Below are positions 10,459 to 17,226 of a stretch of DNA of 64,000 nt, in pieces. Under the pieces are notes generated by a model, which ran no database searches, was not told the origin of the DNA, and saw nothing but the letters and a program-made list of their open reading frames with translations. The translations under genes were made by a program, and so were the position numbers. The stretch covers positions 96,001 to 160,000 of the forward strand of contig CBDCFW010000001.1 of the NCBI GenBank assembly GCA_965216465.1, written 5' to 3'. Position 1 is the stretch's first letter. Each line of letters begins with the position of its first letter. The stretch comes from Bacteroidia bacterium (GTDB taxonomy: Bacteria > Bacteroidota > Bacteroidia > NS11-12g > UBA9320).

Positions 10459-10947
10459 CTCCTTTTTTAATTTTTCTTTAAATATTTTTAATGCCTTGGT
10501 CATTTGGTTCTCTACTGTCTTCACAGAGATCTCTAACAACTCGGCTATTTCTTTATTTTTAAATCCATCTATTCGACTCATCATAAACACTTGCTTACAC
10601 CGAGGCGGCAGCATTTCGAGCACGGCTTGCACGTTGGCAACTTCTTCTTTTTGTTTGAGTTTAGCATCGGCTTCTTGATCGCTTGCAACGTCGAGATCTT
10701 GCATATCACTAAATTCAATTCTTTTTTTCTTGAGGAAATTAAAGCAGCGGTTTTTAGTTGAGGTATAGAGGTAGGCTTTTAATCCATCGCCAATTTGTAA
10801 GTTGTCTTTTTTGTTCCATATAGCGACAAAAACATCGTTTACAATTTCTATTGCATCTTCTTTTGATTTGATAAGATACAGCGCGTACGCCACCAACGAA
10901 GGTTGGTACTTCCTATAAAACTGTTCAAAAGGTTGATCGAAGGACAT
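10456..10947 (-). CDS. ECF RNA polymerase sigma-70 factor
   Basis: EIVNDVFVAIW, KAYLY, LPPRCKQVF, EIAELLEISVKTVENQM. Confidence 0.95.
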   Translation of the reverse strand: MSFDQPFEQFYRKYQPSLVAYALYLIKSKEDAIEIVNDVFVAIWNKKDNLQIGDGLKAYLYTSTKNRCFNFLKKKRIEFSDMQDLDVASDQEADAKLKQKEEVANVQAVLEMLPPRCKQVFMMSRIDGFKNKEIAELLEISVKTVENQMTKALKIFKEKLKKE

Positions 10948-11091
10948 GAATTAAAGCCAATTTCGGAATCAAAATTAAACTTTCTATTGAAAACGGGTTA
11001 CACCCGATGCCGTATTGTGGGGCGGATAGAATATATTTTTTACTGATTTAAAAATGATACGATAAAGCTTAGGAAAAAAATCAATTAAGTT

Positions 11092-11099
11092 TACTTTTG
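11092..11099 (+). promoter_or_regulatory. Bacteroidota -7 promoter box for tRNA-Cys
   Basis: TACTTTTG matches TAnnTTTG, 18 nt before the tRNA. Confidence 0.6.
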
Positions 11100-11117
11100 C
11101 AGCCAATTCTTGAAAAA

Positions 11118-11188
11118 GGTCGGATGGCCGAGAGGCTAGGCAGAGGTCTGCAAAACCTTTTACACCGGTTCGAGTCCGGTTCCGACCT
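11118..11188 (+). tRNA. tRNA-Cys(GCA)
   Basis: Acceptor stem GGTCGGA/TCCGACC; D-arm GCC..GGC; anticodon arm GAGGT-CTGCAAA-ACCTT; T-arm ACCGG-TTCGAGT-CCGGT. CCA not encoded. Confidence 0.97.
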
Positions 11189-11193
11189 CAAAT

Positions 11194-11220
11194 AAACCCT
11201 GACGAAAGTTGGGGTTTTTT
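11194..11220 (+). terminator. Intrinsic terminator after tRNA-Cys
   Basis: AAACCCTGAC-GAAA-GTTGGGGTTT hairpin followed by T run. Confidence 0.75.
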
Positions 11221-11262
11221 GTTGGATAAAAATATCCTCCCTATGCTAATGACTATTATTCA

Positions 11263-11317
11263 TACGGAATAAATCCGTAAAATAGATATATTTTTACGGA
11301 CTATTTCCGTATATTTG
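11263..11317 (+). promoter_or_regulatory. Twin palindromic operator TACGGA-N5-TCCGTA overlapping the -7 promoter of the TA operon
   Basis: Palindromes at 11263-11279 and 11295-11311; TATATTTG at 11310-11317. Confidence 0.75.
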
Positions 11318-11335
11318 AAGCAACAATAATTTGAA

Positions 11336-11653
11336 ATGGATAAGCTAGTTATTAATAAAGACCAGGCATATGCACGGTTTGAGGCAAAACTTCCTCGCGA
11401 GCAGAAGGAAATGTTTAAACGAGCGGCAGCATTAAGCGGCTACCGAACGCTTACCGATTTTGTTCTGTCGATAGTTCGTGAAAAGGCAAAACAAATTATT
11501 GATGAGAATGAAGCTTTTTTAGCTTCTGAGCGTGATAAAGAAATATTTTTCTCAGCGCTTCATAAAAGCGACGGTCCAAATGAAGCCCTTATTGACGCAG
11601 CGTCCAGTTATAAAGAGTTGACAAATGAATCCGAAAGTAAAGATTCTAAATAA
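11336..11653 (+). CDS. DUF1778 (RHH) antitoxin, TacA/AtaR-like
   Basis: RFEAKLP..KEMFKRAAALSGYRTLTDFV, SERD..FF.AL..PNEAL; overlaps the GNAT gene. Confidence 0.9.
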   Translation: MDKLVINKDQAYARFEAKLPREQKEMFKRAAALSGYRTLTDFVLSIVREKAKQIIDENEAFLASERDKEIFFSALHKSDGPNEALIDAASSYKELTNESESKDSK

Positions 11654-12131
11654 AGCCCACCAAAGAAAGCACTTTAGCTGTGGTAACAACTCCCTCGATA
11701 TTTATTTCCAAAAAGCTGTCTCACAAGACATTAAGCGAAACTTAGCAAGGTGTTATGTTCTTACCGACATAGATGATAATTCTAAAGTGTTGGGGTTCTA
11801 TACACTGGCAACTTCAGGTATCCCAAAACACATTATCCCGATTGAATTTCAATCAATGTTCAAAGGCCCATACAAGGCTATTCCTACCATTATTCTTGGA
11901 AGGTTGGCGGTAGACAAATCTTGTCAAGGTATGCAGTATGGTAAGCATCTTTTAGTAGATGCATTGAAGAAATCTTATGAAGCAAGTAAAGACATTGCCG
12001 CAGTTGCAGTAATTGTTGATCCAATTGATGATCAAGCTAAAGATTTCTACTCCAAGTATGGATTTAAACGCTTACCTGACAGCGGAAGAATGTTTTTAAC
12101 GATGAAAGCAATCTCAGTGCTTTTTAGCTAG
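11625..12131 (+). CDS. GNAT acetyltransferase toxin, TacT/AtaT-like
   Basis: FSCGNNSLD.Y, LGRLAVD..QG..YGK.LL.DA, VIVDP, FYSKYGF. Confidence 0.9.
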   Translation: MNPKVKILNKAHQRKHFSCGNNSLDIYFQKAVSQDIKRNLARCYVLTDIDDNSKVLGFYTLATSGIPKHIIPIEFQSMFKGPYKAIPTIILGRLAVDKSCQGMQYGKHLLVDALKKSYEASKDIAAVAVIVDPIDDQAKDFYSKYGFKRLPDSGRMFLTMKAISVLFS

Positions 12132-12148
12132 GTCTTAATTGAGCTTGC

Positions 12149-12187
12149 AACCTTTTACACCGGTTCGAGCACGGTTCTGACCTCAAA
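12149..12187 (+). repeat. Degenerate copy of tRNA-Cys 3' end (att-like site)
   Basis: AACCTTTTACACCGGTTCGAGcaCGGTTCtGACCTCAAA versus tRNA AACCTTTTACACCGGTTCGAGTCCGGTTCCGACCTCAAA. Confidence 0.9.
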
Positions 12188-12199
12188 CGGAAGCATTAT

Positions 12200-12625
12200 C
12201 TAACAGCCTTGATCTAGGGTAAAACTACCGTCACCGTCAAAATCTTTGAGTTTCACCGTAACTTCCCACTCGCCGGGAGTACCTGCAGCAGAACATTTCG
12301 TTTTAGAATCGTCGCCTTGTCCAACTGTTAAAGTTTCATTCAAAACTTCATTCCCATCAGCATCTTTTACAATCATTTGAAAGCTGCCACCTTTTTTTGC
12401 GGTGATATCCATGTTTAGCTCTGCTCGTGCTTTTGAATTGTTCCAGGTATGGGTATCTGATTTTGAACCTCCTGTTCCTGTTACATCTCCATCATCTCCT
12501 GCTGAGTTAACAGAAATTTTTTCTTTTGAACAACTGCTCAGTGATAAAACAGCAGCAGACATTGTAAACAACGCAGTTAGTATTATCACTTTTGATCTCA
12601 TCATTTTAAAATAGTTTGTTTTCAC
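12200..12625 (-). CDS. Hypothetical lipoprotein (start may be at MMRSK)
   Basis: Lipobox LSSC; beta-rich; two further Cys. Confidence 0.65.
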   Translation of the reverse strand: MKTNYFKMMRSKVIILTALFTMSAAVLSLSSCSKEKISVNSAGDDGDVTGTGGSKSDTHTWNNSKARAELNMDITAKKGGSFQMIVKDADGNEVLNETLTVGQGDDSKTKCSAAGTPGEWEVTVKLKDFDGDGSFTLDQGC

Positions 12626-12781
12626 AAATATAAGTACTCAAAGTTGTTTCCTCTTGGACATTTAACTCATCCCCAAAATCAACTCATCCAACGACTATTT
12701 AACCCCCTTCATGCCAAAAGTCTGATTACCTGTGGTTTTAGCCGTTCTAATCTTCTATTATTGACTAGGTAATTATTAAGT

Positions 12782-14044
12782 ATGAAAACAGTTAAGCATT
12801 TATTTTTTGTAGTCTTTTATTTGGTTCTGAGCACAAACGCACATAGCCAAGATTCTCTTCACGTCAGCTCTGAATTTTCTGTAGAAACCAAAGGCCAACA
12901 TAACATTGCGGCGCTCAATCAAAACTTTGATTGTATCAATTGTCGATCACGAGTTGTCAGCGATAATCCCATTCATCATCTTGGAATTTATGCAGGGGTT
13001 AATCACGATTTAGTGCTAAATAAGAAGTACTCGCTTAATACAGGCCTCTACCTCGAAGAACGCAGCCACTCCGGCGGCAACAACACGCTTTCAAACCTGG
13101 TTATCTTTCCACGTATTGTTCTTGAAGCTAATGATTCGATTTCCAAGAACGGAAAATTTCGTTACTCGATTAAAGGTGGTGATCTCTGGGATGAAGACAT
13201 CAATGACATGCTTAGGATTTACAATATTGACTATCAGGGACTTATTGCCAAGCTCTATATTGATAGTCTAAGCTTTGGTTTTATGACCATAGGAGACTTG
13301 TCGCTGAATGTTGGACTAGATCTTCACCAAACCTACAAGTTCTTTACTGGCTTTAAACGTCCAAGGCTTTATAGTGAAATTGCAGTAACGGTAAACGAAT
13401 TGGTTAATGTTCCATTAGGGCGACACCCCTCTTCTGTTGATGCCAATATAGCGGGGTATTCACGGTTCAAACTCAATAACAAGGTGTCGTTTGAAGGCAA
13501 TATTGACGTGCGTCAAAATCCAAATATGTCACCCTCTTTAGCTGCCGGTTTACGTATGAAGTATTCAAACGAAAACCTCAAGCTTAAATCTGCCCTTCGT
13601 TATTATGCTGAGCGGTTTAACCAAGGGTACAATGGTTCCAGACCGCTTTACTACTCGGGCTGGTTCAATTCTTTTACAGGACCACAATTATATCCACTTA
13701 AAAACTTTTACCGAGACCTATCGCAATGGGCACTCTATACACATAGCGGAATGACTGAGATCTTGGCTTTTGAACTTACCGGCTCGTGGGAAAAGAATAT
13801 TTACCGAAAAATTAACGGTTTTGCTGAAGTTGACCTCAACTACCTCTTTGATCTGAAGCAAAAATCAGGAAGCTTATACCCGATGTATAATACTGGAATT
13901 CAAGTTAACTTCTTGCCCGAATTTTACGGCCGCGTTTCAATGACGAATAAGCACATGGATCTTCGAAACTTCTATCAAACGGCATCAGCTAGCAAGGCTC
14001 CTTTTTTAGCGTTAGGGGTTGGGATGGAATTGGGGCAGATATAA
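12782..14044 (+). CDS. Hypothetical exported protein, probable outer-membrane beta-barrel
   Basis: Signal peptide (AHSQ); alternating hydrophobic strands; 420 aa. Confidence 0.6.
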   Translation: MKTVKHLFFVVFYLVLSTNAHSQDSLHVSSEFSVETKGQHNIAALNQNFDCINCRSRVVSDNPIHHLGIYAGVNHDLVLNKKYSLNTGLYLEERSHSGGNNTLSNLVIFPRIVLEANDSISKNGKFRYSIKGGDLWDEDINDMLRIYNIDYQGLIAKLYIDSLSFGFMTIGDLSLNVGLDLHQTYKFFTGFKRPRLYSEIAVTVNELVNVPLGRHPSSVDANIAGYSRFKLNNKVSFEGNIDVRQNPNMSPSLAAGLRMKYSNENLKLKSALRYYAERFNQGYNGSRPLYYSGWFNSFTGPQLYPLKNFYRDLSQWALYTHSGMTEILAFELTGSWEKNIYRKINGFAEVDLNYLFDLKQKSGSLYPMYNTGIQVNFLPEFYGRVSMTNKHMDLRNFYQTASASKAPFLALGVGMELGQI

Positions 14045-14101
14045 ATATCTTATTTCACAATCAATTCAATAAAATTTAGTTTATGTTAGCGCCTAAATCC
14101 T

Positions 14102-14815
14102 ATGAAAATTATCCTTGTCATTTTAGCGGTATACTTCTTCTGGGTTTGGCGAAAACGCTCAAATAATGAAGAATTCTCCTTCGACCCCGATAACCCTGCC
14201 CCACAAGAGGTATTATCTCTTGATGATGGGAATCAGCTAAAACTTCTGATGCCTGCAACCATTACCCGAGAATGGCTTAACAATGTTCAGCATAAATATA
14301 ATTCTACAGAATTTGATGAATTAGATAGTTTGTTGCTCGTTTACTTGTCAGATATTTTTGAAAAAGCAATTGAGGAAAGCAATTTGCAAGAAGACGACAT
14401 CTGGCAAAACATGACTCGAGCTCAAAAAACATTCTCGACGTTTATTTCTTTCTCAGGTGAAGTTGATAATGGCGGGGTATTTCAGTTCATCTTTAATCTC
14501 CCAACATCAATTTTTGCTGTTGTTGAAATGTGTGAAGAGCTTGGATTGCCTAAGCTGGGCAATGACTATCTAAATGTATTAAGAGAGTTAACGGGCAAAG
14601 AGTATGAATTCTTGTTTATCAAGCAAACTTTTAACAATGAATCACTATCATGGGAAAAACGTTGGAGTGCATTTTCTAGAGGCCAAAAGGACTTAAAATC
14701 AACTCTGGTCATCGAAGACTATTTCTATGATGAAGAGTTCAAAGAAAGTCTCTATAAAACAGTTACCGATTACGTTGAAAAGAATATGGACCACTTTGCT
14801 ATAATTAAAGAATGA
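14102..14815 (+). CDS. DUF4375 / DMP19-family protein with N-terminal membrane anchor
   Basis: GEVDNGGVFQFIFN signature; acidic; ends YVEKNMDHF. Confidence 0.75.
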   Translation: MKIILVILAVYFFWVWRKRSNNEEFSFDPDNPAPQEVLSLDDGNQLKLLMPATITREWLNNVQHKYNSTEFDELDSLLLVYLSDIFEKAIEESNLQEDDIWQNMTRAQKTFSTFISFSGEVDNGGVFQFIFNLPTSIFAVVEMCEELGLPKLGNDYLNVLRELTGKEYEFLFIKQTFNNESLSWEKRWSAFSRGQKDLKSTLVIEDYFYDEEFKESLYKTVTDYVEKNMDHFAIIKE

Positions 14816-14909
14816 GCTTCATTATTTTGTTTCCCCAAATGAAAACACCATTCTTTTTGACAAAGAGTCTAACTCAGAAAGTGTAATATTTGACATGACA
14901 TATGCCATG

Positions 14910-15509
14910 CTAGAGTGTATACCTCACTCCTACTCCAGTCCATATCGTTGTCGCATTATAGTTAGGAATGTATAGGAAACTACTAATAAAAGGCTCAATT
15001 GAAAACCCGGTATTATCTTCATTGAAAAAATACGCTGCTTTTAATTGTACTCCTGCAGAGATGTGTTTTAAAAGATTTTCGTACTCAATTTTCTCAAGCT
15101 GATGAAACCTACTGTGATAGATTCTTTCATTGAACGAGAATCCGACCATGGGACCAGCTGATAAGGACCATTGACTAAACTTGTAAGTTAAGTTGTTGGT
15201 TAATAGAAAAGTTGGTTTATTGCTGTGATCGATATAGGTATTTATGAAATTTCCTTCTTGAATAACCAGCTTCTTATTCATCTTAAGATTTATGAATTCA
15301 AAGTCAGCTTCCCATGTTAGCGTTGGTTTGATATCATGTCTTAACCCAATTCCAAATCCAAATGAAAAGTCACTATTTAAATCCTCTTGAAAGATAGATT
15401 TCACAGATGTCGAATACAAACCTGGCCTTGATATTATACTAAGGCTAGTTTTCTGTGCGAAAGACTGAAACCAAATAAGCGTCAAGAATACGATTAGTAT
15501 TATTCTCAT
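14910..15509 (-). CDS. Hypothetical small outer-membrane beta-barrel protein
   Basis: Signal peptide (SFAQ); strands FSFGFGIGLR and terminal GVGVRYTL. Confidence 0.6.
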   Translation of the reverse strand: MRIILIVFLTLIWFQSFAQKTSLSIISRPGLYSTSVKSIFQEDLNSDFSFGFGIGLRHDIKPTLTWEADFEFINLKMNKKLVIQEGNFINTYIDHSNKPTFLLTNNLTYKFSQWSLSAGPMVGFSFNERIYHSRFHQLEKIEYENLLKHISAGVQLKAAYFFNEDNTGFSIEPFISSFLYIPNYNATTIWTGVGVRYTL

Positions 15510-15511
15510 AT

Positions 15512-16951
15512 TTAAAAGTTAGGAATATAACCAAATTTTATTCTAATCTCACCATCTAAGGTAGTTTCAAAGACCTTATAGTTTACGCCGCCAATTGACT
15601 CTGTTTGCCAATTTGTGTTTCCATCTATTTTATAAGCTGGCGAATCAGATACAGGGTCATAGCTATAGGGCTTTCTCTTTGTTGAATACCAAATTTCCCT
15701 CTTAAATGCACTTCCTCCTACTGAAATTGTTATATCATCAGGTGTTTCCCATATATTGTCATGGCGTGGAGCATCACACTCGTAAAGAATAAAATAGAAT
15801 ATGTCATTTGGCATGTACGATTGGCATATTAAAATATCGTCTTCAAAAACTTTATGCTTATGTCTGCTGCAATCATCTATAGTTACACCGTCATCCTCTA
15901 ATTTACACCTTTTGACTTGAGCATTTTTTCCTGCGGCTTTAACCTTATCAAAGGTATATACGGATTCCATACCTTCATAAGTATAGGTTGCATTAAAATC
16001 ATGTGTATTCGTAGACGATCTGAAGCTAGATATTGCTTTGTATTCAGTGGCAGTTGTAGGATCAATGTCACGGTAAATAATCCATTGCATCCCAACTTCA
16101 TACTTGTTTCTCCATCCTTCCTGGTACTCAATTTTTGGCAAAGCAGATCCATTTTTGTAGTCTGTAAGCATTTCATATTCCAACACATACAATGAGTAAT
16201 TTGTGGTATTATCTCCACAATCAGGGCAGTTGCTAATATTTTCCATGGGATATTCACAAAGGCTATCAAAATCACATGGGCCCCGCTTATTCTTTAAGAT
16301 CCCCTCTGATTCGCCAGAAAATGGCTCACCATTACAATCATTAAAGGATGAAACTATCCAGATATAACATGTTTCAAACGAATCTTGTGTAATCCATGTA
16401 CTATCAATTTGCCCAATGCTATTTTCATAATAACCCATTATTGAGTCTGCCTCAATTCCTTCCTCCGCGGGAACGACATATAATCTTCCACTCCTTGATA
16501 TGTTCGTGTAGTCAAAATTTGGAGAAAAAAGTCCAGTAACCCATTCACAACTATCGCAGTTATAAGTGAAAAAATAGTCATCATTATAACTATTACTCGG
16601 AAAATGTGTATTTATAGAAGTCTCAACTTCAATATCAAAAGTAAAATTGTTGGTATTGTCCAATTCGTCATGAGCCCTTTGATGTGAAACTTCGAAAAAA
16701 TCATTAGAGTTCATCTCATCTTCAATTGTTGCTCGAATAGCTAAATCACTTGCTACATCTGCAATTCCTATGGCCATCCACCTTAGCTGCTTTGGCATGT
16801 CATCAATGCAATTTGGGCCAAGTACAGCAACTTGACTATGGTCAAAACTTAAAGAATTAGCTGTAAACACATTGCTCTTTTCTTTGCACATACTGAATAG
16901 TAATAAAACCGCTATAATTATAACAGCTGGTATTTTATATATAATTTTCAT
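15512..16951 (-). CDS. Hypothetical Cys-rich lipoprotein
   Basis: 479-aa ORF; signal peptide ending FSMC; many Cys; AT-rich DNA. Confidence 0.65.
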   Translation of the reverse strand: MKIIYKIPAVIIIAVLLLFSMCKEKSNVFTANSLSFDHSQVAVLGPNCIDDMPKQLRWMAIGIADVASDLAIRATIEDEMNSNDFFEVSHQRAHDELDNTNNFTFDIEVETSINTHFPSNSYNDDYFFTYNCDSCEWVTGLFSPNFDYTNISRSGRLYVVPAEEGIEADSIMGYYENSIGQIDSTWITQDSFETCYIWIVSSFNDCNGEPFSGESEGILKNKRGPCDFDSLCEYPMENISNCPDCGDNTTNYSLYVLEYEMLTDYKNGSALPKIEYQEGWRNKYEVGMQWIIYRDIDPTTATEYKAISSFRSSTNTHDFNATYTYEGMESVYTFDKVKAAGKNAQVKRCKLEDDGVTIDDCSRHKHKVFEDDILICQSYMPNDIFYFILYECDAPRHDNIWETPDDITISVGGSAFKREIWYSTKRKPYSYDPVSDSPAYKIDGNTNWQTESIGGVNYKVFETTLDGEIRIKFGYIPNF

Positions 16952-17226
16952 CGTCCTTATTTATTTTTAAAGCTATATTCAAGAATACATTCACATTCTT
17001 TCTTGCTCTATATCTATTTCTATGCTAAATCTTATTATTATGTATAGTTTTAGAACATAGTTTCACAACAAAATTATTTAATAGACGACATTTGTTTGTA
17101 GTAGATTAACTACATCCGTAGACTCATCCTACCCCCTCACTGCCAGCAACTTACAAATATTGACATTTGCACTACGCAATTTTATGCTATATTAGTATTC
17201 TTGATTTCAAACCGAAATTTGATAAT

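Larger units (their letters stand above)
11154..12187. mobile_element. Mini genomic islet integrated in tRNA-Cys 3' half, bounded by direct repeats; cargo is a TA pair only
   Basis: 11154-11192 is repeated at 12149-12187 (36/39 identical). No integrase between the copies. Confidence 0.75.

Noticed and set aside
10264-10470. 68-aa plus-strand ORF between fecR and the sigma gene
   Set aside because: TTG start, antisense to the operon leader, no recognisable motifs.
5895-10947. ECF-FecR-TonB receptor-lipoprotein locus as a novel system
   Set aside because: A well-known Bacteroidota cell-surface signalling arrangement; only the ligand is unknown.
12149-12187. Second tRNA gene
   Set aside because: Only the 3' half is present and mismatches disrupt the T-stem; treated as an att-like repeat.
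15898-16275. 125-aa alternative-frame ORF and the other short antisense/overlapping ORFs in the track
   Set aside because: Nested in longer well-supported CDSs and lacking motifs; expected shadow ORFs.
12188-17160. Larger genomic island extending beyond the TA islet
   Set aside because: The genes look accessory, but no further att copy, integrase or transposase was found, so no boundary can be supported.
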